From positions 128,001 through 192,000 of the IMG/VR virus record IMGVR_UViG_3300001525_000584: DNA of 64,000 nt. One strand, 5' to 3'. Both the position numbers and the translations under genes were made by a program. This DNA comes from a virus (lineage: Duplodnaviria > Caudoviricetes). Of this stretch, positions 27,225-39,100 are shown piece by piece (the first letter of the stretch is position 1; the number at the start of each line of letters is the position of its first letter). The notes under the pieces were generated by a model. That model made no database searches. It saw only the letters and a list, made by a program, of their open reading frames with translations, and had not been told where the DNA came from.

Positions 27225-27440
27225 ATGGCTATCGTTTATAACAAAGATAAAAATGGTAACACCCTCTCCGTAGACGAGATGATTCGAAAGTTTAAGAAGA
27301 AGGTTCAGCAGGAGGGTATTCTGTTGGAACTGAAGAAGCGTGAATGTTTCGTTCCGAAGTCTGTAGAAAAGCGAGAAAAGAAGGCAGCAGCGCAGAGACG
27401 CACAAAGCTGCAGCAAAGTAAACAGAATAAGAATCGGTAA
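27225..27440 (+). CDS. rpsU: Ribosomal protein bS21
   Basis: SVDEMIRKFKKKVQQEGILLELKKRECFVPKSVEKREKK; 71 aa; strong SD. Confidence 0.9.
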   Translation: MAIVYNKDKNGNTLSVDEMIRKFKKKVQQEGILLELKKRECFVPKSVEKREKKAAAQRRTKLQQSKQNKNR

Positions 27441-27450
27441 AAGATTCACA

Positions 27451-27482
27451 GAGGTCGGTAGATAAAAATACCGACCTCCTTT
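27451..27482 (+). terminator. Intrinsic terminator / stem-loop
   Basis: gaggtcggta-gataaaaa-taccgacctc-cttt. Confidence 0.7.
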
Positions 27483-27510
27483 ACAGAAAATTTTCGAAAG
27501 GATTTTTTAT

Positions 27511-27897
27511 ATGACTGACGCAGAACTTTTTAAACAAATCGTCACGGATATGGCAGAGCTATATGCAAAGAAGAATGCAAATTACGGAAACAGCTTTACA
27601 AAGCTTTATGAAGATCTAGGTCCTGTAGCGGGACTAGTTCCTCTGCATAATAAACTCGATCGGGCAACAAATCTGGTAAAGGGTGGAAAAAATGATTTTG
27701 AATCATTAGAAGATACTTTTATCGATTTAGCAAATTATGCTATTATGAATGTTATCGAGTTGAAGCGTGCTGAGAAGGATACGGCAACGACAACACCTCC
27801 GAGGTCTTTTCCTTTTAATGATATGGACGTGCTTAAGATCAAAAATGGAAAAGTTATCATTAATGAAGATAAGATAACTCTTAAAGCAGAGGGGTGA
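27511..27897 (+). CDS. DUF1599 / nucleotide-modification-associated domain protein
   Basis: LYAKKNANYGNSF...KLDR...ESLEDTFIDLANYAIM. Confidence 0.8.
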   Translation: MTDAELFKQIVTDMAELYAKKNANYGNSFTKLYEDLGPVAGLVPLHNKLDRATNLVKGGKNDFESLEDTFIDLANYAIMNVIELKRAEKDTATTTPPRSFPFNDMDVLKIKNGKVIINEDKITLKAEG

Positions 27898-27900
27898 TTT

Positions 27901-28428
27901 ATGAACGTTTATTTAGCTGGACCTATTTTTACTGAACGTGATCGGATGTATTTAGATTATCTCTATGAGCATCTGGTCTCTATTCTCCCCGAAGACACTT
28001 CTATTTATGTACCGCATCGTAATAAATCTATTAATGATAAGACGAAGTGCGCAACTTCATACGACGTATACTGGGGTGATTATAATAGATTAAAGGAAAC
28101 AGATCTTTTAATCGCAGTAGTCAGTGGTGACATGCCTCCGATCGGAACAACTTGCGAAATTGGGATCTTTACCCAGATGATTGATGCAGATCCGCATAAA
28201 AAACTTTTCTGCCTTTATGATGATTGCAGAGAAGGTTATATGACATGTCAGGGCGATGTGGGGCAACAGAAACTTGCAGCTATGCAAAAAGAACCTGGAG
28301 AAAATCAGATGAGTTATATCAACATTTTCTTAACAGGAGCTATTAAGACACATGGCAAACTGGCCTGCACCAGTGAAGAACTCTTTAAGATGTTGGCAGA
28401 AGAATATAGGAGTAACTATGGCAAATAA
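27901..28428 (+). CDS. Nucleoside 2-deoxyribosyltransferase family protein
   Basis: VYLAGPIF, YVPH, D...D.LIA, GTTCEIG. Confidence 0.85.
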   Translation: MNVYLAGPIFTERDRMYLDYLYEHLVSILPEDTSIYVPHRNKSINDKTKCATSYDVYWGDYNRLKETDLLIAVVSGDMPPIGTTCEIGIFTQMIDADPHKKLFCLYDDCREGYMTCQGDVGQQKLAAMQKEPGENQMSYINIFLTGAIKTHGKLACTSEELFKMLAEEYRSNYGK

Positions 28429-29692
28429 TAAGTTACTCTATGATATTAATGATAAGCCTAAAAAGTGGTATGAATGGATTATTTATCCGCTGCAACAGGT
28501 TTTTGCAGTATTCGTAGCAACTGTATTAATCTCTAATATTTGTGGTACGCCAGTCAGTTCTTGTTTATTTGGAGCAGGTTTAGGAACCATTATTTATCAG
28601 ATTATCACCGGCTTTAAATCACCTATGTTCATCAGTTCGTGTGGAGCTACGGTGAGCGCTGTTTGCGGTGCTTTGGCTTTAAATGAAACAGGTGATAATT
28701 ATTTAATGGTGTGCTGCGGCGGACTTATTATTTTACTTATCTATGCTATTTTCGCTTTTGTCGTAAAGAAGCTGGGCATGGAGGCTCTTAATAAGATTTT
28801 CCCTCCTTCGATCGTTGGTGCTGTGACGATGGTCATCGGATTAAATCTAGCCACTTTTATTTTCAGTTATGTAAACGGCGATTCAGCATCGGGCACTGTT
28901 CCTGTAGTACCAACTTTAATAGCTATTTTCACCATGTTAATAGCAGCGTTAACTGCACATTATGGAAAAGGCTTTTTGAAGAATATCCCTTTTCTTATTG
29001 CTTTAATTGCAGGATATATTTTGGCTCTATGTTGCGGTAAAGTTTCTTTTGATGCTTTTTCTAATTTACAGTGGTATCCTGACTTTACTTTTCTAAAGTG
29101 GTCCACTGAGGACTGGTCTTTAGTTAACTTAGGTAAAACAACACTATATTTTGTTCCGGTAGCTGTTTGTGCTTTATTAGAGCATTATAGTGATCATAAA
29201 GTTTTATCTAATATTATTGGAACAGATTTAACAAAAACACCTGGGCTGCATAAAACGCTTTTAGGTGATGGTGTGGCTTCAGCTGTAGGCGCTGCAGTAT
29301 GTGGTTTGCCAAACACTTCTTATGGCGAAAGCATTGCAACAACAGGATTTTCTAGAGTGGCTTCAACAGCTGTTATCACAGTAGCTGCTTTAATTATTAT
29401 GGCATTATCTTTTATAGCACCTGTTGGAGCTTTTATTCAAACCATCCCGTCCTGTGTCTTTGGTGGATGTGCTATGATTTTATATGGTTATATCGCATCA
29501 TCGGGACTGAAGACATTAGTAAATAATAAAATCGATTTAGAGAACACAAAAAATCTAATTATCGTATCTGTAGTATTAACTGTAGGCGTTAGTGGTATTT
29601 ATTTATTTGATGCAGCTTTTGCTGGAGTTTCTTTAGCCATGGTATTAGGCATGATTCTAAATCTGATTCTAAGAGATAAAAAGACTGTATAA
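28418..29692 (+). CDS. NCS2-family nucleobase permease (UraA/PyrP-like)
   Basis: Many TM helices; LEHYSDH, LLGDG and PNTSYGES..SRVAS signatures. Confidence 0.9.
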   Translation: MANNKLLYDINDKPKKWYEWIIYPLQQVFAVFVATVLISNICGTPVSSCLFGAGLGTIIYQIITGFKSPMFISSCGATVSAVCGALALNETGDNYLMVCCGGLIILLIYAIFAFVVKKLGMEALNKIFPPSIVGAVTMVIGLNLATFIFSYVNGDSASGTVPVVPTLIAIFTMLIAALTAHYGKGFLKNIPFLIALIAGYILALCCGKVSFDAFSNLQWYPDFTFLKWSTEDWSLVNLGKTTLYFVPVAVCALLEHYSDHKVLSNIIGTDLTKTPGLHKTLLGDGVASAVGAAVCGLPNTSYGESIATTGFSRVASTAVITVAALIIMALSFIAPVGAFIQTIPSCVFGGCAMILYGYIASSGLKTLVNNKIDLENTKNLIIVSVVLTVGVSGIYLFDAAFAGVSLAMVLGMILNLILRDKKTV

Positions 29693-29706
29693 AATTTTAT
29701 AAAAAT

Positions 29707-29744
29707 AGACCGGCTCTGATAATAGGAGCGGGTCTTTTTTGTTT
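29707..29744 (+). terminator. Intrinsic terminator
   Basis: agaccggctc...gagcgggtct followed by a T run. Confidence 0.7.
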
Positions 29745-29753
29745 GCTAAATTA
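29744..29753 (+). promoter_or_regulatory. GCTAAATT late-promoter-like motif
   Basis: TGCTAAATTA 40 nt before ATG 29784. Confidence 0.7.
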
Positions 29754-29783
29754 GTCATATTAAAGGGTTACGAGGTGTAAAAA

Positions 29784-30269
29784 ATGTCAAAAGACATGTT
29801 TTATAATTATGACAACGAATATCTCAGAAACAAAAAAGAATACCCTGAAGCTCCTACCATAAATACACCCTACACCTTAAATAGCCCGAGCAGCGCTGCT
29901 ATTATAAAGGATGTCAGAGGAGATGAAACAGGTATTAGAGCTTATGCCGGACAAAATATAGATTTATATTTTCATATAATGGGAACTATAATAGATGAAG
30001 ACGGAGATGTATTAAGTCCTGCAGATTATTTTCAACAGGGCACTTTTCTTTTCAAACTTTTAGATTCATCTAATAGAGTGATGTATACTTTAGAAGTTCC
30101 TGGCGATGCTATAGATGATTGCGGAGTGCTATGTATTAGTTTGTCTGGAAAAGATTTAATAGAAAAAGAGATTAAAAAAGATATATATAGAATTAGAGTT
30201 GAGGCTGTATCCGATGAAGAGTCCTGCCCTATTTTTTATGAAAATGATTCTTTTATCAACTTCATCTAA
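29784..30269 (+). CDS. Probable virion (baseplate/tail) protein
   Basis: Beta-rich, first gene of a late-type operon. Confidence 0.5.
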   Translation: MSKDMFYNYDNEYLRNKKEYPEAPTINTPYTLNSPSSAAIIKDVRGDETGIRAYAGQNIDLYFHIMGTIIDEDGDVLSPADYFQQGTFLFKLLDSSNRVMYTLEVPGDAIDDCGVLCISLSGKDLIEKEIKKDIYRIRVEAVSDEESCPIFYENDSFINFI

Positions 30270-30287
30270 AAGGAGAAAAAATAGTAT

Positions 30288-30788
30288 ATGGCAAAACAGT
30301 TTAAATTAAATACAGCTTTATCTTTAGAATATCCTGATAATATAATCCCTATAGGATCCTGTATTAAAAGAGGGGAAACTTTTGAATACTCTTTATCTGA
30401 TTTTGATTTTGATAAATTAACGCAGTTATCGATCTCTGTGGGACAAAATGGTATCGTTAATAGATATGATTTATATAATGCAGAAGGCGCTTTGGATAAT
30501 GTGCATTTTTATCAAAAAGGAGATGAATGGTATTTTTATCTAAAAGCTTCTGAAACGTCTTCTTTTATAGCTTCTGAAGGTTATGAAGAGATGGTAACTT
30601 TAGAGATCGCAGAAACATCTAATAATGAATATGGAAAAGAACAGGTAAATATTTTTGATCCTATAGCTTTTTGGATCTTCGACAGTTTATATAGTAGCAA
30701 AGCCTCTGCTGGTGGTGGAACTGTAACACAGAATGCTATAGTTTCTGAAGTATTATACTGTTCTGATAATTTGGTTTGTCAGGAGTAA
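30288..30788 (+). CDS. Probable virion (baseplate/tail) protein
   Basis: SD, beta-rich, genomic context. Confidence 0.5.
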   Translation: MAKQFKLNTALSLEYPDNIIPIGSCIKRGETFEYSLSDFDFDKLTQLSISVGQNGIVNRYDLYNAEGALDNVHFYQKGDEWYFYLKASETSSFIASEGYEEMVTLEIAETSNNEYGKEQVNIFDPIAFWIFDSLYSSKASAGGGTVTQNAIVSEVLYCSDNLVCQE

Positions 30789-30812
30789 AGAGAAAAAGGG
30801 GAGGAGTTTTTC

Positions 30813-32669
30813 ATGGCCTATACAAAGACAACGTGGAAAAATAATACAACAAAATTAAATGCCACTAACATGAATCACATAGAACAGGGCATTGCAGATG
30901 CTTTTGCAGAGATAAATAAAAATACAGCTGCTATAGAGAAGAAACAGGATTTAACAACCTTTAAAACTATTAATGGAGAAGTCGTCACGGGCACAGGAGA
31001 TATAAAGACTTTAGATGCAGATGCTTTATCAAATTATTATGATAAAGAAGAAGTAAATAGTCTTTTAAAGTCTGAAGAACCTTTTACTGTTAATGGCGAA
31101 GAAGTTGTAGGACCTGAGGTTAGATTAAATGCAAACGCAGCTTATGAATTATCCGGAGTGCTGCATGGGCATATTATTATAACAGGCGCAGACAAAGAAA
31201 ACACACAGATTATTTTTAATAATGTAACTATTAAATCTGATGTTGCTCAGGCTTTTTATTGTGATCAGGCAAAATCACGAACTGTTATCACTTTATTTGA
31301 AAACACTAAAAACTATATAGAAACGCCTGCTATAGAATGTTCTGCAGATAATTCCGAAGGTGCTTTACAGGCTGAAGATAAACTGATTATAGTTTCTGGA
31401 GAAAATTCTGAGTTGCATGTAAAAGCTCCGGGTCTAAATCAACATGCTATTAAGGGCAGTAAACTTTTGTTAAATGGTGTCGGCAGTATTTTTGTAGAAG
31501 CAGGGCATGACGGTTTTCATGGTGGAAAATTATTAAGAATCGATTCAGGTAATTATTTTGTCATTAGTGCTGCAGTAGATGCTATAGAAGCAAAGCTGGT
31601 TCAGATTTTAGGTGGAAACATTCGTGTATATAAATATGGAAAAACAGGCAACGCGATTAGCTCAAAAGAATCTGAAGGTTTAATAGCCGGCAGTCCTATT
31701 TTTGATTTAGTAGGAGATGAAGTACAGGCTATGCAGCATTTTAATAACATGAAGTGCTTAGACATAGTAGAAAATGCTCCTGAGAACTGTCCTAAAGTTA
31801 CCTGTGAAGAATATTTTGGTGTTGCAGAAGTTTATGAATCCGCACAAAAAGTTAATAAAGATACAGAGTACGGCGACTCTGATGGTTTCCCTACGCAGGG
31901 TTGGTTTGACAGCTCTAAAACTGCAAAATTAGAACCTGACGCAAGCGGTAACTACACGTGCACAAAACAGTATATATATACAAAAGGATATGTACCTGGG
32001 TGTATTATAGCAACTGTGGCAAAAACTAAATATTATTTAGATAACACTTATATTAAAGGTGGTAGCGTCGAGTTGCCTGAAACTTCTGAAATTGTTAACG
32101 TAGGTGTTTGGTATCATCCTGATTCTTTATCTGGTAAATTAGAAGTAAAGGGTAAAGAAAATTCTGTTAACTATTTTGAAGGTTCTGATTATGGTATGTT
32201 ATCTGATCGAGCTATAGGAGTGCAGGAGGATGCGAATTATATCTTCAGCAGTCCTGCAACAGCTGTAAAGACGAGCCGTTTAACAAATAGCTATATCTTT
32301 ACAAAAGGTGATGGTTGTAAAATCTTTAATGGTAAAGTTGCTATAGATTCTGCAGAGATTTTCTTTAGTACAGATGGATTAGATGATGAAGATTTACCTA
32401 ATGTATTTGAGATCGATCCTATTATAGCTAAAGGCACTTTAAAAGCAAATAAGGCCATTTATATACCCTATTCGCAAATAGGTGCATGCATTTTAGATAC
32501 TTATGATACACGGGATTTGATTAAATTTGATTTACCTGGCTTTATAACAACACAGCCTGAAAAAGCACAGGTTATTATAGAAAATAAAAAAGAATTATTA
32601 AATAGTCTTAGAGAAAAAATCTATGAATTATCTGATACTTTAGATAAATTTATGGCAAATAAATCATAA
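30813..32669 (+). CDS. Tail-associated protein with Cthe_2159 (DUF4353)-like carbohydrate-binding beta-helix
   Basis: Fibre-type start MAYTKTTW..LNATNMNHIEQGI; NNVTI..VITL..HAI..DGFHG..DAIEA..I.GG.I. Confidence 0.6.
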   Translation: MAYTKTTWKNNTTKLNATNMNHIEQGIADAFAEINKNTAAIEKKQDLTTFKTINGEVVTGTGDIKTLDADALSNYYDKEEVNSLLKSEEPFTVNGEEVVGPEVRLNANAAYELSGVLHGHIIITGADKENTQIIFNNVTIKSDVAQAFYCDQAKSRTVITLFENTKNYIETPAIECSADNSEGALQAEDKLIIVSGENSELHVKAPGLNQHAIKGSKLLLNGVGSIFVEAGHDGFHGGKLLRIDSGNYFVISAAVDAIEAKLVQILGGNIRVYKYGKTGNAISSKESEGLIAGSPIFDLVGDEVQAMQHFNNMKCLDIVENAPENCPKVTCEEYFGVAEVYESAQKVNKDTEYGDSDGFPTQGWFDSSKTAKLEPDASGNYTCTKQYIYTKGYVPGCIIATVAKTKYYLDNTYIKGGSVELPETSEIVNVGVWYHPDSLSGKLEVKGKENSVNYFEGSDYGMLSDRAIGVQEDANYIFSSPATAVKTSRLTNSYIFTKGDGCKIFNGKVAIDSAEIFFSTDGLDDEDLPNVFEIDPIIAKGTLKANKAIYIPYSQIGACILDTYDTRDLIKFDLPGFITTQPEKAQVIIENKKELLNSLREKIYELSDTLDKFMANKS

Positions 32670-32693
32670 TTTATAAATACTGTTTTCCTTTAA

Positions 32694-32727
32694 AGCTGGG
32701 GTCTTTTGCAACCCCAGCGATTTTTTT
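32694..32727 (+). terminator. Intrinsic terminator
   Basis: gctgggg-tcttttgcaa-ccccagc followed by a T run. Confidence 0.75.
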
Positions 32728-32743
32728 ACCTATAAAATCCCTT

Positions 32744-32753
32744 TGCTAAATTA
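32744..32753 (+). promoter_or_regulatory. GCTAAATT late-promoter-like motif
   Basis: TGCTAAATTA 40 nt before ATG 32784. Confidence 0.7.
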
Positions 32754-32783
32754 GAAAAATTAACGATGTAGGAGGCAGAATAA

Positions 32784-33152
32784 ATGCCTGCAAATATAAT
32801 CGCGATAAATAGAGGTGATACATACGCCTTTAATTTGACCATTAATGATGACAGCGCAGAGGACGGTATTTATAGATTAGTGGAGAATGATGCAGTTTAT
32901 TTTGGCTTAATGGACCCTGGTCAACCCTTTGAAGAGGCATTAGTTAAAAAGAAGTTAACTGCAGAATCTCCTGAAGTAGATGAATCTGGAAACATTATCT
33001 TTATGATAAATCCTGAAGATACTTTAGATCTACTGCCTGGGCGATATTTTTATATGATAAAGTTAAAAATGGATCACTATGATGAAGATTCAAATCCAGT
33101 AAAGGAGGTTAGAACGATCGTAAATAAAACAAAATTTGTTATTTATGATTAA
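32784..33152 (+). CDS. BppU-like baseplate/tail adaptor
   Basis: I.RGDT..F ... I.PEDT..L.PG.Y.Y.IKL. Confidence 0.55.
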   Translation: MPANIIAINRGDTYAFNLTINDDSAEDGIYRLVENDAVYFGLMDPGQPFEEALVKKKLTAESPEVDESGNIIFMINPEDTLDLLPGRYFYMIKLKMDHYDEDSNPVKEVRTIVNKTKFVIYD

Positions 33153-33160
33153 AGAAGTTT

Positions 33161-36100
33161 ATGGCGAATATACCAAATAAATTTCCTAATATATCCGGCA
33201 GTATTTCGAGCCACGGCAGTGTTACTGGGTCTATATCTTCAGGTGGGGGCACTAGTGACCACAACAGGCTAAAAAATAGAGATTTAGCCGATCAGCACCC
33301 TATAGAAGCTATAACAGGCTTACAGGATTTATTAGACAGTAAAGTATCTGAAGATGAGATTTTACCTCTTATTAACGATGCAGCAAAAAGTAAAGCGCGG
33401 GGCTTATACTATGATGCGCGTGGAGAATTATCCAGAGATAAAAAATCATACTGGTATTTAACTTCTGATATAGATGCTATTACGAAGCAGGGAACTAAAG
33501 AATCTGTTATCTCAGGCCCTTATAACTTAGGAGCAGGCGGTGGTGGATCGAGCCCGAGCATCACAACAGTTACTTTAACTAAAGTTACCTGGCCTACTAA
33601 TGTATCTGTAGGCGGAGAATGTATCGTTACTATAAACTGGACTTCTATTAGAGATGATCAGCCTACAGGTCGTGGTACTATTCAGTGTTTTAATAATGGA
33701 AAACTTATTGAAACAAAAACCGCAGCTCAGGGAAACGTTTCTTTTGATTTAACCTCTTCTATTATATCTGGTGAAAATAAAATCGAATTCAAAGTAACGG
33801 ATGCTTATGGCAGCTCTAAAAACTTAATAGATATCATTACAGGCATCTCTTTACTTTTAACATCTTATTTTGATGCTAATGCAGAGTTTTCAGGCCCTAT
33901 AGCCTATATCTATACACCTTTTGGTGATATAGCAAAAACGATGCATTTTATTTTAGACGGCGCAGAGTTACCGGGTTCAGAGATTATCACAGCTTCTGGT
34001 GAACAGCAAACAAAAATTATATCTGCACAAGCACATGGCAGTCACACTTTACAGGTATATTTTACAGTAACTATAGAAGGTGAAGAGATTAAATCTAATG
34101 AGCTATATTATGATTTAATTTGCTTTGAAGAAGGTGATTTAACACCTATAATCGCATCTACTTTTATTAACGACTCTGAACATGAACAGTATATACCCTT
34201 TAACGTAGTGTATAGAGTTTATACGCCAGGACAAAATAATTCTAATGTTTATTTGTATGTAGATGGTGTTCCTGTTTATACAGATGAATATGGAAACCCC
34301 TCTTATATCAACGTAGATAAAAATGAGCAGAGCTGGGAGGTTTCTTCAGATGTTATAGGAAACCACACTCTGCAAATAGTTTCAGGCAGTGCTGAAAAAT
34401 CATTTACTTTTCATATTTATAAAAGTACCGTAGATGTAACCCCGGTAACGGATTCTTTGGAACTTTATTTAGGAACAGAAAATCGTAACAACCAGGAGCC
34501 CTTAGAAAAAAGAAAACAGTGGAACTATACAGGAACTAGTGGTACCATAGAAGGCTCTTTAGAGAATTTTAACTGGCAGTCAAATGGCTGGGTTCTAGAT
34601 GATGAAAATAAAACTGTTTTGAGATTATCCGGGGATGCTCGGGCAACTATTCATTTTAAACCTTTTTCAAAAGATTTTACAAACACAGGTAAAACTATAG
34701 AATTTGAGATTGCAACACGCGATGTAAAAGATTATGAAGAACGAATCATCAGTTGTTTGGATGGTGCAGATTCTATAAGTCATTCTATAAACTATGCAGG
34801 AGAAGATACACGTACTAAAAAGTTTATAGTAACAAATATATCTTTAGATTCTTTTGCAGAAGCTGTTCAAAGCACTAAAGGCACTTATGCGTTTATTTAT
34901 AATAATGGTCAGTGGAACCTAAATGATGATTATTATAGTACAGAAGATTTAACATCTGTTTTTGGCATCTCTATAGAAACGCAGGACTTAGACCCCGATA
35001 ATACAACTGAAACAGAATACTTTTTAGATAATGATCGTATTTTAATTTATTATGTTGTTTCAGGACGTGGTTTTTATATCACGCCACAAATAGCACGTTT
35101 ACAGTCTCAGGCAGCTTCTTTATCGACGCAGTATAAAGAAGATGATAAAGTGCGTATCTCTTATGTTGTTGAAAAGTCAACTTATGGGACACGCCTGATG
35201 TTCATGTATATTAACGGCATTTTATCTGGTGTCAGTAGATACAGTGAAACAGATTCATTTGCACAAACACCTGCACAGGAGATCGTATTAGGATCAAACA
35301 AAGCGACTTTAGATGTATATAATATCAGAATTTATAATAACGATTTAACGCGTAGACAAATAGTTAATAACTGGATCGCAGATACAAAAGATGCAGCTCT
35401 AAAAGCTCAGAGATATAGGCATAACGATGTTTATAATAATGAAACAGGACAAATCACTAAAGAGAAAATTTTAGCTATAGGTAACATCCCTTATTTAACT
35501 TTAGAAGGTGATGATTTACCGAAGCAGAAAAAAGATCGTAAATGGATGAGTATCTCTTATGTGGATCCAGTATATTCAGATCGAAGCTTTACAGCAGATG
35601 ATGCACGTGTAGATGTGCAAGGAACTTCTTCACAGTATTATTATAAAAAGAATTTTAAAATTAAATATGAAAATGGTTTCTATGATAATAATCTGAACTG
35701 GTCTGAACATTATAAGCTCAGAGGTGAGGATTCTAAAAAAGAGAAAACATTTACCTATAAAGCCGATGTTGCTTCTTCAGAAGGTGCTAATAACGTTGTA
35801 CTGGTTCGTTATTTTGAAGATTCTAAAAACTGGTTTTCACCGCCAGAGATGGAACCCGATGAAGATTTAGGTACTTCTGATTCTAAAAAGAGAATTAGAG
35901 TTGGTATAGACGGTTTACCTATAGTTGCGTTCCACCAGGATAAGTTCTATGGTAAAATGAACTTTAACAACGATAAAGGAAACAGTCGTACTTATGGCTT
36001 TACAGACGGAGATGAGTGCTGGGAGTTTTTGCATAACTCTTCAAACTTAGTATTATTTAAAACGGATGATTTAGAGTCTATAAATCCTGCAACAGGTAAA

Positions 36101-39100
36101 AAGATGTGGGAGGAGTCCTTCGAATCTCGTTATCCTGAAGAAGCAGGTTCTGATGATCACCCCTATGGACAAAATCCTGGAGAGTTAGATCGACTGAAAA
36201 AAGTATTAACTTATGTTTCTTCTACGTATAGAAACGATACAGACTCTGCAGAATTAAAACAGGCAAAGTTAAATAAATTCAGAGCTCTATTCATGGATGA
36301 TCCTTCAGTGGATGCCGATATTCATTTTGATTTAACTTCAACACTTTTCTATTATCTTTATACAGAGTTATTCTTAATGGTTGACTCCCGAGCTAAAAAT
36401 GCTATGTTATGTTGGTATACAGAGCGTACAGGCGGAGACGGTAGAAAATATGGAAACAAATGGTACTGGATCCCCTACGATATGGATACAGCGCTAGGCA
36501 TTAATAACGAAGGCTTATTAGTATATAACTATGATAAAGAAGATACAGACCTTCAGGAGGGCATGTATATCTTCAACGGTCAGGATTCAGCATTCTGGCA
36601 AAACGTCAGAGATGCCTTCACTACTGAGTTATTTGCTATGTATAGTGATTTACGTAGTAACAACGTAGGTCGTGAGATTTGGAGCTTTGATGTTGCAGAA
36701 AAGTATTTTGAAGATCATCAGGCTATTTGGAGTGAAAATATTTTCAACGAAGATGCTTATACAAAATACTTAGAGCCTTATGTGTTAAATAAAGACGCAA
36801 CTTATTTAGGTATGGCTCAGGGCTCTAAAATGCAACAACGTAGATGGTGGATGTATAACAGATTTAAATATCTGGATTCTAAATATCGTTCAGGCGATGT
36901 AAAGAATAATGCGATCACCATTCGCGCATATAATACAGTAGGACAAAAATTTGAGATAGTACCTTATACAAACTGTTATATGACGGGTAACTTCTGGGAG
37001 ATACCTGTTACTAAAAAAGCCGAAAAGGGTAAAGTCGTAGAGATCGAGTCACCCAGTGCTGCAACAGGTACAGATGCTGTTATTAACGTATATCCTGCTG
37101 ACTGGATTCAGGATTTAGGTGATATATCATCTTTTATGCCGGGCTATGCAGATTTTTCAAAAGCTACAAAGTTGCAGAGACTGATTATAGGTAACGCTTC
37201 ACCCACGTTTCAAAATGGTAACTTAAAAGGTTTGAATGTCGGTGCAAATAAATTATTAACCTATTTAGATGCTAGAAACTGCCAAAACCTAGGTACCACA
37301 GAAGGATCCGAGGCAACACCTACTATAGACTTAAAAGAATGTTTAAGCATCGAAGAAGTTTATTTTGAAGGTACACAGATAAAGGGTGTAACGTTTCCGA
37401 ATGGTGGTAACTTAAAAGTAGTACATTTACCCAACACTATAACACAGTTAACTATTCGAAACCATCCCAACCTAAAAGAAGTTAGTATAGCAGGAACTCA
37501 GAATTTAACGAGTTTGTGGCTAGAAGATATACCTTCTTCTGTAGTTAATCCTTATAAATATATTATGAACATGCCTGATGGATCTCGTATTCGTTTGATA
37601 AATGTTCAGGATACTTTTAAGAGTATAGACGGAAAAACTGCAGCAGACCAAATCAGTGAATTTTATGATAAGCTCGATAAAATGGTTGGTTATGATGCCA
37701 GAGGCGCTAGTGTTGATAAAGCTCAGATCACAGGTACTTTATATGTAGATTTTATGAACTATAAAGACTGGTCTATATTATCTGTACGTTATCCTGAGGT
37801 TGTTATTAAATCTATTAGTGGTAAAGATATTATATGCACTGTTAAGTTTTATAATTATGTGTCGGGTGAAACAGATGATTTTACTCTTTATACATCCCGT
37901 CAGTGTTCTTTAGATACTATTTTGTCTGGAGAACCTGTTGAAGATCCTGCAAGAAAATCTTCTATAGCTTTAGATTATCATTTTGAACGTTGGTATGTTA
38001 TAGAAGATGGCCGCCAGGTTACTTTCGATCCTAGGGCAACTGTTATAACAAAAGATTTTGATGTATATCCTGAATATTCAACCACAGCACGCCAGTACAC
38101 AGTTAAATTTGAAAAGCAAACTGATATAGCTTCTATAGTAGTAACGCCTGAAGAAGAAGTTGTAGATTATAATACTTTAATCACAGAACCTGCTGTAACA
38201 GGCGTTCCAGAAGATTTGAAGTTCCATGGTTGGCATACAGTTGAAGGTACGCACTGGTATTTTGATAAAGACAAAATCCTTAAAGATATGGTTTTATATG
38301 CATACTGGGAGGAAACAAACGTTCCTACAGTAGACCTTAGTACTATAATTAATTGCAACACTTTTGAAGCGCACTGTACGGATAATGTAGGTATAACAGG
38401 ATGGGCTGTAACACATTCTGAAGAAGAACCTACATCATGGAACTTAATAGTACCGGCGCAAAGAGTATTTGTAAAACAGTATAGTATCACAACACCTGAA
38501 TTATATTATTTTTGGGTCAGAGATAATGCATCACCTGAGTATAAAAAAGCTTTTGCCCATGTTCAGGGATTATCACTTACGAAGCAACCAGGCACAGGAG
38601 TAGATAATATAACACTGTATTATAAGAATCCCGATGATACTTTTGAGCCTGTTGATACTACCGCAGTATTCTTTAATTCAACAGTTAAGATAAAATCCAC
38701 TTTAGATTCACATTATGAAAACTTAACTCTATATTTAAATGATCGTGTTATAGAAAATGATTCTGAACAGGTTATTATAGAGAATACTGTTATTAAAGCT
38801 GTTTGCACACCTAAAAATTATACCGTAAAATTTGATTTAGGTGAGTTCTGGGAAAAGAACATACCTGATCAAATTCGACCTTATAAAACATTAGTTGAAG
38901 AACCTGAAAAGCAAATAGTAGGTGGATTTGTTGTAGAAGGTTGGTATAAAGTTAAAGATGGAGATACTTATACAGGTAAATGGGATTTTGCAAAAGATGT
39001 AGTTGAAGGTGATACTATTCTTTATGCAAGATGGACTGATACTGTAGGGTCAACCACTTTGGATATAGACGTTGCAGAAGATTCTACAGAAGTTACTCTG

